Shown here one piece after another: positions 49,901 through 61,900 of a stretch of DNA of 64,000 nt (the first letter of the stretch is position 1; every line of letters begins with the position of its first letter). Both the position numbers and the translations under genes were made by a program. The notes under the pieces are model-generated. The model made no database searches. It saw nothing but the letters and a program-made list of their open reading frames with translations, and was not told where the DNA came from. The stretch is from an uncultured Verrucomicrobiae bacterium (GTDB lineage: Bacteria > Verrucomicrobiota > Verrucomicrobiia > Limisphaerales > Palsa-1400), in assembly GCA_963764165.1 (NCBI GenBank), contig CAVXRD010000001.1:896001-960000 (forward strand), given 5' to 3'.

Positions 49901-52900
49901 CCCAACCATTTTGACCACCGACAATTCCGATGACATCATTTCGCTCGGTCAATATGCCAAACTAACGCCAGCCACGGTGGTGGATGGTTTCACATTTCAG
50001 CTTAACACCGGAGTGGGAATCGGGAATTACAGCGGGGCCGCAACTGTCCGCAACTGCAGCTTTGAAGGACCGACGATTTTTGCAATCTACAATGTCGACT
50101 ATTCGGGTTCTATCACCGGGAGCACATTTTCCAACGTTCAAGGAGTAGCGATTCAGAGTGAATTCTCCAGCCCGGTGATTGCCAGCAACACCTTCCTGAA
50201 TTGCAGTTCATCCGCGAACTTCCCCTTGCTATATGGCGAGGACTCCGTGCAATCCGTCGCGGCCTGCTCCTTCGTAAGGAACACTACCGCCTGCGTCGGC
50301 AGTGAAAATGGCGGCGGGGTCACACTCACGCGCAGTTCGTTCCTGAGCAATAACGCTCCCTCGGGAGCCGTATATCTGACCGGAGGGAGCGTGGCCAGCA
50401 CCATCAGCGACTGCTTATTCGTCGCCAACAGCAATGCGTTTCGCGGTTCGGCCATCCAGGACTACAATAACAACACCACGGTGGTCAATTGCACGTTCGC
50501 CGACAACGTGACGGCTTACGGAGGCGCACTCTACTTTTCTGAAGGCGGTGCAGTCATTGCCAATAGCATCCTCTGGAGCAATACCGCAACTCTTGCGAGC
50601 GCGTATTTCGTCTTGCCCGAAGTGCAGCAGGTGCAAGTGGCCGCAGGAACTATCATCGTGTCCAACACGGACGTCGAGGGCTTGAATAAGTTCAACGGCA
50701 GCGGCAATATGGGTTACAATCCCCAATTCAACTTTCCGCCGTATGATTTCAGCTTGTCGACGAATTCTCCGCTGATCAACGCAGGCAGTTTGAATTTTGC
50801 GTCAGCGGCAGGCGCGGTCGATCTCGCAGGGGCCAACCGCACCGCGCGAGGTGCGATTGATATGGGCGCTTACGAATTTCAAGGAACACCCGCCACACCG
50901 GTCTATTCGACGGGAATTCCAGGATTGGTCAGTTTGTGCTCCGGTCGCGCCAATACCCTCAGCGTTCCGCTGACGGCCAATCTAACAAATGGATTCGTTT
51001 GGCAATTATGGTCGCCGACGGGCGACGTGACGGAACTTGGGGATGCCAACAGCTCGGCGCCCGGTTATTCGATCGCCGTTGGGAACAACCAGACTTCCAT
51101 CACTTTCCAGCCTTCCGAGAGTTTGATTGGATCGTCTTTTGTAGCGTTGGAAGCGGACGGTTCCAACGCCGTTGTCACCATCGCCGGACTGCAAGATCCG
51201 GAAATCATTTACGTGAATTCGGCGGCGGCGGGCGCCAACACTGGGACAAGTTGGACGGATGCGTTCACCAGCTTGCAGCCAGCGCTGAATCAGGCCTCGT
51301 GCTCGGATATCTGGGTCGCGGGCGGCCCCTATGTGGCCTCGACGTTTACTGTCAACAACGACGTGCATGTTTACGGTGGATTCGCAGGAGGAGAGACCAA
51401 CGTTTCCCAACGCAACTGGCAAATCAACACCACGACCCTCCAAGGCTCTGGCAATGACTTCACCATTCAAACCTTTGGATCCCCGCTCTTTGACGGCTTC
51501 ACGATCGCTTCCTCGGCGGCAACGCATTCGGCCGTGTTCTTATACGGTGGCAGCCCCACGCTTCAGAATTGCGTATTCCAAAACGTGACTGGCGGCGCGA
51601 TACAAACTGAAGGCGCATCCGCGCAGATCGTCGCCTGTCAGTTCCGCGGCAATTCTGCGCAGAACAATAGCGCCGGGGGAGCCATTGACAATTCATTTCA
51701 TTCAATCATGCTGGTGGATCAGTGCATTTTCACCGGCAACAATGCCATCAGCGGCGGCGCTGTGTTCAATGACAACACTTCCGCTATCACGCTGCTGAAT
51801 TGCTTGTTCACCAGCAACAACGCAACGGATGGCGGCGCAATTTACAATCTCGGGCAGGCTACCGCGATCAATTGCACGCTATATGGCAACACGGCCGAGA
51901 GGGGTGGAGCTTGGGAGCAGTATTCATCGGGCAGCGCGCCGGCCTCGGCCACCATCATTAATTCTATTTTGTGGAACAACGCCGCCACCGGCTATGGCAT
52001 TGTTTCCTATTCCTTGGAGGACTCGGAAGCAGACGGGACCAATATCGCCATTTCCTATTCAACAGTGCAGGGAATCACGCCTGGATATGCCAATCTCTCC
52101 ACCGATCCCCTGTTTGCAAATCCGTCAACGGGAAACTTTGCGTTGTCGCCATGGTCTCCCGCCATCGGCAGGGGTGAACCTTGGCCGGGATTGAATTGGA
52201 CCAATTACCTCTCAGTCGATTTGAACGGGACGCCGCGCTCGCCGACCAGTGATGACCAAGGCGCTTACGTGGCAGCCGGCCACTCAAACACACTTAATTT
52301 CGATTCTCCATTGACCTCAGCGGCGGGCTGCGTTGGCGGGTCAGCCATCTTCGGCATCAGCTATCCGCCAGGGAGTGGATATAACATCGCTTGGCTGGTA
52401 AACACCGGCTCTGGCTTTGCCAGCGTGGCATCCGTTTTTCCAGGAGGCGGATACACGATCAGCAACGGTCTTGGTGGTTCCTCACTTAGTTTTGAGGCGC
52501 TGCCGCTGGCCCTGAACGGGATGCAGGTCGAATTCCAGGTCGGAAGCGCAAGCTACACATCCCCACCCGCCACCCTGACCGTTTCCTCGCCAACGGTGAT
52601 ATACGTGAATGCCGCCGCAACCGGCGCCAATAACGGCACGAGCTGGACGGATGCCTATACCAACTTGATTTCGACGCTAAGTTCCGCTCCCAGTTGCACT
52701 GCGATCTGGGTCGCGGGAGGAAACTACGTTCCAAGCGGCTCGCAGCAGACGTTTGTTTTGCAGCCTGACCAGCAAATTTACGGAGGGTTTGCCGGAAACG
52801 AAACAAACGTGAACGAACGCGTCTTTGGGATGCATCCCACCTTATTGGGAAACCTGCTAATAGAGGCCACGGATAGTTCCATCGACGGCAACTCAAGGCT

Positions 52901-55900
52901 GGATGGGCTCTGCTTTACAAACTATGGCGGCAATGCCACCTTGGTATACTTGTCTGGATGCGGCCCGGTGGTTGCCAATAGCGTTTTCACGGGAGGAAAT
53001 TTCGAGGTGGACGCGGCAAGTTCAACCGCGACTTTTACCAACTGCAGCTTCCTAAACAATGGATCTGATTCATGCATTTTCACCTTCGGCAGCACCAATG
53101 TTGAGCCCACCATCGAGGGTTGTCAGTTTATCGGCAATCTAACAGGCATCTACGCTGAAGGCCCGGTGAGCGTGGCAGGCTGCTTGTTCGAATCCAATCT
53201 GAATACGGCCGTCATCGGGCAATCCGGCCGGATTGCCGGCTCCTCATTCATTGGCAACATCGCAGATTCATATGCAGTCGCCAGCGGCGTCCTTCTCCAA
53301 GGCACATCAAAGATTTCGAGCTGCCTGTTCGCTTGGAATAGTGGAGCCAACGCGCCCGTGTATGTGGAAGGCGGCCAAGTTGTCAACTGCACGTTTGTCC
53401 ACAACGAGGGATGGGTCGGGGCGGCGGATGGCACTTGCAATCTCGCCAACTGCCTGGTTTGGAAGAATAGCGGCCAATACGGTAATTTCTACGGCAGCGT
53501 CAATGTTAGCCAATCGCAAGTGGATTCCTATTATCCATACTTTGTCAACGACGCGGGCGGAAACTGGCAACTGACTTCGAACTCCCCCGCCCTTCGCGCC
53601 GGGGGCGTTGGCAACGTGATTGACACCGTGGACCTGGCGGGCAATCCGCGCACAACAGGCGGCCAGGTGGATTTGGGCGCGTATGAATACACCAATGCGC
53701 AAGTTGCGCCGGCTTTTATTGCCGGACTTCCGGCCAGCGTGACGATTTGTTCCGAGAATGGGACTGGTTTGCAAGGTGGAGCATCCATTTCCGTCGCGGG
53801 CGCGGCGGGATACACCTACACATGGCAGCAAGTTGGCGGCGGGGTTGTCACCAATAACGCCGATGTAACGATCTCCTCGTCAGCCAATGCAAGCGTGCTC
53901 TTTTTCCCGGACCCAGGTATTCAGTTGAACGGCGCATCTTTCCAGGTGACCGCACAAACGCCATACGGCTCAGTGGCGGTTCCCGGGACTGCCACGCTGA
54001 CGGTGCTGCCGCGGCAGATCATTTACGTCAACGCCAGCAACATCATCAGCGGGGACGGCAGCAGTTGGGCAAACGCTTACACAAGCTTGACGCCAGCGTT
54101 GGCCGAAGCCGGCAACAATCCCTGTTCAGAAGTCTGGGTGGCGGCGGGCGTCTACAAACCGCAATCGCTTGGAGTGCCGAATGGCATCCCAATCCTCGGC
54201 GGATTCGCCGGTTGGGAGACCTCGAATTTGCAACGCAATTGGACCAATAACGTCACAGTATTAGGCGGCAGCGGAGGCCCGCTGACTCAATACACTAGCG
54301 ATAGCTTTGGCCTGACTTACTCCAGCGGCACTGGCGGCCCGCTCTTGGAAAACGTCAGCGTGCTCGATGGATTTACGGTTAGCAATTGCTCAGGAGCGGC
54401 ACTGCTTCTTTCGCTTTCCACGCCACCCGTGATAGCCAATTGCACCTTCGTCCAGAACACCGGCACTGCCGACCCCAATTCCGACGCCGCCCTGATTTCG
54501 TTCGTGACCGACGAGACGGTTGTCGTCACCAACTGCGTCTTTCAAAACAACCAGAATATTCTCCTGCGAATGGCGATCAGTTTGGTTGCAAACAACGTCA
54601 ACCAGCTAGTCGACGTCACCGGCTGCCTATTCGAAAGCAACAGCGTCACGCCAGTCGTCATGCTCGACGCCGGGCGATTGCTCCTGGAAGGTTGCCGATT
54701 TCTTACCAACCAGACAGCGGACACAGGCACCATTTATACCGGCTACGGCACTACTGCCCTGGATCGGTGCATCTTGGCGGGCAACGCGGGACAGGATCTG
54801 AACTACACCGGCGGCGGGGCCGCGTTGGAGTGCGACTACGGAACAGTGACCATCAAGAACTCCCTGCTGGTGGGCAACAGCGGCAGATTTTGCGGAGCGA
54901 TTGAAAACAGCATGTCGACTGTTGTGGTGGAGAATTGCGATGTGGTGCAAAACACCGGGAATTACTCTTGCGGCGGGATTTTTAACGGCGCCGGCGGCAC
55001 TCTAACCCTCGCCAACTCGATCTTCTGGAACAATAGCGCCATCCAGGACGGAGGAACACTTGCGGAGCAGCAGATTTACAACAGTCAATCCATTCAGGAG
55101 TATTACAACCTAGGCAACCTCATCAACTGTTGCGTTCAGGGGCTGCCTGAATACTACATCGGCGGATATTTTTACGATCCGCTGTTTGTCAATCCGTCCG
55201 CGGGCAATTACCATTTGCAAAGCGTTTCGCCGTATTTGAATTCCGGCAACAACACCTACGCCTCCAGTCTGGATCTGGATGGCAATGCGCGCATTGCGGG
55301 TGGAACAGTTGATCTGGGTTGCTACGAATTCGCCGGCACGGCGGGCGCGCCGGAACAAATCTTCCAGCAGCCGGTGTCGCAGACCGTATGCGCTGGCAAT
55401 CCGGCCAATTTTGCTTACCTCTACCAAAGCGGCACGGTGCAATGGTATTGGAACAACGGCAGCGGCTTTCAACCGGTGGTCAACAGCGCCTCGCAGTATG
55501 TGCAGGCTTCGACAGTAACGCTGCCCAACGGCACTGTGGGTGGCGGCCCCCTGACTGCTTTATCATCCACCTTGATCGTCACCAACACTTCTACCGATTT
55601 CAACGGATATCAATACATGGCGGTCCTGGATAACTACACCAATCCTGTCTCCGTGCTGACTGTAAACCCCCGCTCTGTTATTTATGTGAATAGCAATTCA
55701 CGCGGCGCCAACAGCGGCGCGGACTGGCTGGACGCCTTCACGAATCTCGATGAGGCTCTCGGCATGGCCGGGGGCTGCGAACAAGTCTGGGTCGCCCAGG
55801 GAACCTACATTCCATCGACCAGCTTTGTTCTCCAGCAGGGAGTAGAGGTTTACGGAGGCTTCGCGGGCACGGAAACGAATCTGGCTCAACGCGACTGGAC

Positions 55901-58900
55901 AAATTACCCGGCGCATCTACTGGGAAACGGCTCATATGCCCTCGTGGACAACGCGCAAAACGGACTCAACGCCGCGACGCTCCTGGACGGGTTCACGTTG
56001 ACCGGCGCCGGATCATTTCCGGCTGTAATTAATTACCAAAGCAGCCCTGCGTTCGCAAATTGCTCATTTGTCAACAACAGCAACGCGGGCTTCGGCCAGG
56101 CCATCGTGGAAAATCAGTCGGGGTCGCCTGTCTTCAATAACTGCCTCTTTGCCAGCAACAGCCAATTGTGTGTTTACAATTTCACGGCGTCACCGGCCTT
56201 CAACGGCTGCCAGTTTATCGGCAACCAGAATTCCAATGGTGTGGGCACTGTGGAAAGTTTTGGTGATACCAGCCATCTCTTGCAAAGCGGCCCGCAGTTT
56301 ATCGGATGCAAGTTTATTGGCAACTCGGCCCAGCAGGCTGGCGCCATTTTCAACGACAACGGGGTTTGCCAGGCTGTTAACTGCGTGTTTTCCAACAACA
56401 CCTGCGGCAACATTGGGGAAGGCGGCGCACTCGTCAATTCTCAGAGCGGCGGACTATCCGTCTTTGGCGTCACGAATTGTTTGTTCGTCAGCAACTCCGC
56501 CTACACGGGAGGGGCGACAGGGAACGATGGCGGACTGCTATACCTTGTCAATTGCACCGTCACACGCAACACGGCCGCCCAAGCCCCGGCCGGCTTGTTT
56601 GACAGGCAGACTGGGGGCGGCACGTTTTGTTTGAACTCAATCGTTTGGCAGAATCTGGCGAGCGGCGTGGAGAGCACGCCATCCGAAATGACGGACTCGG
56701 TCTTCTCTTCAAATTCTTGCATCGAAGGAATTGCTCCGGCGGGATACTCTGTCGGTGGCGGAGTGATCCAATATGATCCGCTCTTTGTCAATCCGGCCAC
56801 TGGCAATTGGCAATTGTCCCCCAACTCTCCGGCCATTGCCGCAGGCAACCCTCAACTCGACGGCAGCGTCAGCACAGATTTGGCGGGCAATCCCCGCGTT
56901 GTGAATGGAACGGTGGATCTGGGGGCCTACGAATTGGGACTGCCGCGCTCCGCCTCGCCTCTCGAATTGGTGTCGGGGCCGGAATCCCAAACGATCTGCG
57001 CGGGCGAGAGTGCCATCTTTACCGCGACCGGAAATGCGGGTGTCAATTATACATGGGAGTATAACATTGGGTCCGGCTGGAATTCTTTGTCTTCCGGCGG
57101 CAGCCAGACCCTGGCCACCACGTCAACCAGCACCACCCTGACAGTCTCCAATGCGCCTCAATCGCTCAATGGCATCCAATACCGCTTGAACGTGTCCACA
57201 GCAACAGCGACTAATCAATTCTACGCTACATTGACGGTGACTCCTTCGGGCGTGATCTATGTCAATGCTGCGGCCGGTGCAGGTGGCAATGGCACTTCGT
57301 GGGCGCAGGCCTACAACAATCTAGCCGTAGCTTTGCAAAACGTGGCCGCCTGCGACTCAATCATCTGGGTGGCCCACGGAACCTATGCCTCTTCAAATCT
57401 CAATGTTCAACCCGGTGTTTCGCTCTATGGGGGTTTCGTTGGCACAGAAACCAATCTCACCCAGCGCCAGTGGCAGGCCAATCCCTCAGTGCTATCGGGC
57501 GGAATCGCTTTCCTCGGCGATGCGCCGCTGCCAGGTTCTTCGCCGACAATTCTGGATGGCTTTTACGCCGAGGGCGGCACAGTCGGCGTATCCATTTCAG
57601 GCGCCTATCCGCCGACGCTCGCTACCGTATCTGTGCAAAATTGCGTCATCGCCAACAATTCCCAATACGGCGTCACCATCTCTGAACCAGCCGCCAGCGG
57701 AAGCGTGGTGCAGAACTGCCTGATTGAATCGAATGGCCTGGCGGGCGCGTTCCTTTGGAACTGCAGCGCCACTGTCCTCAACTGCGTCATAACGGCCAAC
57801 GGAAATGCCACGACGCTGGGTGGCGGCGTGGTGTTGTATGGAGTTGACAACGGGACCCTTTTATCCAGCGCGCAACCGACCGTTGAAAACTGCTTGATCC
57901 ATGGAAATTTCGCCCAGCAGGGCGGCGGCATGTATGCGTATTCGAGCGTGTCGAGCTTTGTCGAACCAACGATCGTCAATTGCGTCATCGAAAGCAATTT
58001 GGCTGGGGCGGGCAGCGCGCTTTATTCGCAGAACAGCTACGTCTCAGTCATCAATGACACCATTGTCAATAATACCGGCACCGCGCCCTATCCCGGCTAC
58101 GGCGCGGCCATATCCGGCGCGGCGCTGAATCCAGATTCAGTTTTGATCACCATTGAAAATTCGATTTTGTGGAACAACTTGGCGGCGGGAACCAATGGCG
58201 TGGCCGCGGAATATTTTGCGCCGCTGCAAAACATCGTGGAATACCTGGTTTATAATTCGGACGTCGAAGGATATCCGGCATCAGCAGGAAGCGGCAATCT
58301 GGGCGCGGATCCTCTTTTTGTTGACAGCGCCACGAATTTGCAATTATCCGCCTCCTCACCGCTGCTGGGTGCTGGCAACGCTTCGGATATCGCCGGCTAT
58401 GCCTTGGATGCGGCGGGAGCGCCTCGCCTCATTAACAACCGTGCCGACCTTGGCGCATATGAATTCCAAGGAACGCCCTCGTCTGCCGTAACAGTCTCGC
58501 AGTATCCCGTGTCCACGATTTATTCCCCCTGCTCCAGCACGTTGACAGTGGTCGCCAGCGGTAACGCGCTGACTTACCAATGGCAAGTGAACACAGGCGC
58601 CGGTTTTGTGAACATTCCGGGCGCTACGAGCTCGTCATTTACAGCAAGCCCGGCACCCGCCAATGGAACACAATATCGCTGCCTCATCGCCAGCGCCGGA
58701 GGCTCCGCCTCGCCGACGACAGCGGCAACGATGACCGTTTATCCACTCGTTTGGTATGTGAATGCGGCAAGCCCGGGCGGTGATGGAACGTCTTGGGCAA
58801 CGGCTTTTACCACGCTGGAACAAGCGCTGGCCAACCCATTGCTCCAGCATTGCGGTGAACAAATTTGGGTCGCGGCGGGAATCTATCAGCCTACCAACAA

Positions 58901-61900
58901 CCCATATAATTCATATATCCCGCTGAGCCTGTTGGAAGGCGTAACACTGTACGGCGGATTTAGCGGAACAGAAACCAACCTGAGCCAGCGCAATTGGATT
59001 GCCCACCAAACTATTCTTGACGGCAGCAAGCTGGAGGCAAGCTCAGCTATCATCAACAACCTGAGCAGCATGGACGGCTCCGCCTCAGTTGATGGATTCG
59101 TATTCCAGAATGCCCAGACGGGAGTGGAGAACAATACAGGGGCAAATCCCACAGTCGCGAATTGCACTTTCCTCACCAGCATAGAACAGCCTCTTTACAA
59201 CTATCAGAACAGCGCGCTCATTACGAACTGCGTCTTTAACGGATGCGGTGAAGCTTACAACCAGGACTCCTCCAGCAAATACGTGGGTTGCACATTCGAG
59301 AATACCACTAACTCGGCAATTCTCTTTTTCAATGATGCCGGTGTCGGAGCCCAAGGAACCATCGCGCGCTGCCAATTCGTTAACAACACCGGCGGCTGCG
59401 TTTCCGTTAACGCATCAGTCCTGATAAGTGATTCGCTGTTCACGGGCAATTATGGCAACAGCCGCGAGGTGATATTCGTGGATCAAGCCACCCTGCGCCT
59501 TGTAAACTGCACATTCACGGGCAACAGCGGAGCCAACGCCGCTTTCCTTATCGGCGAGGAGCAGGCGAGCATCGGCATTTATAATTCCATCTTTTGGAAT
59601 AATTACTGCGGGTTGACTCAAGATTCATCAGAGCGGGGCATGTTTGGATATCCTGGCTATACATTCACCCAAGTAGCCGAAGCGGCCAACAATGACATTC
59701 AGTCCCCTTCCCTCCAGTTCAACGGAAACGGCAACGTGAGCCTGGATCCGATCTTCCAGATGCCGCTGCCACCGTTGACTTCCGAGGGGCCGATTGCGGC
59801 GAGCGGGGATTTCCATCTTACGGCGGATTCGCCGCTGCTTGCAGCGGGCGCTGTTGGGCAGGTCGCCGATTCGGTGGATTTCGACGGAATGCCGCGTGAA
59901 GTCAATGGTTCCGTGGCGATGGGTGCTTACGAATACCAAGGCGGACAAGGCTCGCCGGTGGTGATCACGCAGCAGCCGGAATCATTCGTGTATTGCTCCA
60001 GCGCCACGAATTACTTTGAAATTGGCATCAGCGGAGCGGAGGTAAATTATCAATGGCAAGTCAATCAAAACAACGGGCTTGGTTTCGCTTCCATCAGCGC
60101 CGCCACGAATGCGGTATTACCCATTGTCAATGCCACCATTGCTGAAAATGGATGGCAGTATCGCTGCCTGGTCAGCGCGGCCGGAGGCGAATTGTATTCC
60201 AGCACAGCCTCTTTGACCATTTATCCCAATCGCCTTTACGTCAACGCGACCAGTGCCGGCGGCGACGGTTTGTCATGGGCCACCGCCTTCAACACATTGC
60301 ATCAGGCCCTCAATGCTCCGGTGGATCCTTGCTCAGAAAATCAGGTTTGGCTCGCCGCCGGAACCTATTCCGACGTGAATCTGGCGGAGACCGAGTTGCA
60401 AATAGTCGGCGGTTTTGCCGGGACCGAGACGAATGCCGCGCAGCGGACGTTCACCAGCGCGCCAACGATCATCACAAGCACTCTCTACTATAACGGTTCC
60501 TTGGTCGATGGGGTCACCTTCAACGGCGCGGTGCTGGATTGCGTCAGCGACACAACAGTTACCAATTGCGCTTTTGTCAATGGAACAGGAGGAGGCGGTT
60601 GGTCCAGCGTGATGCTGAATTGGGAAGCGTATACGGGACAAGAGGCCGGCCAGGGAAGCGTCGTCGTCAATTGCCGTTTCACAAATGATGCCTACGGCGT
60701 CTTCGCCGGTTTGAACGCAACGGTTTCCAACTGCTGGTTTGTGGGGCAACGGGATGAGGCCATCAGCGGGCCGCCATATAATAGCTTTAATTCCAGCTCC
60801 AGCGTCGTTATCAATCATTGTTCGTTTATCTCAAATCTGGACACTTGTTTGGCGTTCGACAGCCAAGGATACATTGGGCAAAACATTTCGATCCTTCATT
60901 CGGTGTTCGAATACAACAACAGTTGGCCGGTTTTCTCAGCGGCGGATAACATTGCGATGAAGGATTCGTTGGTGGCGAATAACGGGAATGGAATATACCT
61001 TCAGTACGGATCAGGCAGCTTCACCGGTTGCACGATCGTTGGAAACCAAGGCGAGGGCGTCAACGCCAACTATGCTGCGTTGAATTTGACTAATACGGTG
61101 TTGTGGGGAAATTCGCAAGGCGGTTACTTTTCAGTGTCTGGCTATCCTCTAACGTTCGACCATTGCTGGGTGCAAGGCAGCGCTTCCGACCCTGTGTTCG
61201 CCGGGGTCGGCAATTACACTTTGTCGCCATGCTCGCCACTCATCGGCGCGGGTGATGTCAGCGCCGCCAACGGCGACCCGCTTGACCTGGCCGGCAACCC
61301 CCGCACCTACAATGGCTCGGTGGATATTGGCGCCTACCAATTCGAGGGAGTTCAAGCGGCCGCCTTCTCCATCGCTGCGCAACCGTCAAATCAATTGGGC
61401 GACTCGGCCAACGCAGTTGAGTTCACGGTTCAGACTTCGCGCGCAGCGGGTGCTTATCAATGGCAGGAGGCCGGCCCCGGGGGCGCCTTTACCAACCTGG
61501 TTGACGGAGGCGTTTATCTGGGAAGCCAGACCGCGACATTAACAGTCACCAACGCCTCCCCATCAATGAATGGCAGCCAATTCCAATGTGTTGTCGCTTC
61601 TCCTGAAGGCTGCACGCTGGTCTCTTCCGTGGCGGAGTTAGTCTATGGCATTCCGCTGGCTGCGGCATTGGAGGCGCCAACTGGCGTGACCGTAAACTTT
61701 TCCGGAGCCGCGCCCTGGTTTGGCGAGACGAATGTGACACATGATGGCCTCGTCGCTGCTCAAAGCGGTGGCGGCCTTCGGAATGGACAAGAAAGCACCA
61801 TGACGGCCGAGGTTCAAGGACCAGCCACTGTTAGCTTCTGGTGGTATCTTTCCAGTTACGGCAGGTTGCAGTTTACGGTGGATAACTCTTCCATTGCGGC

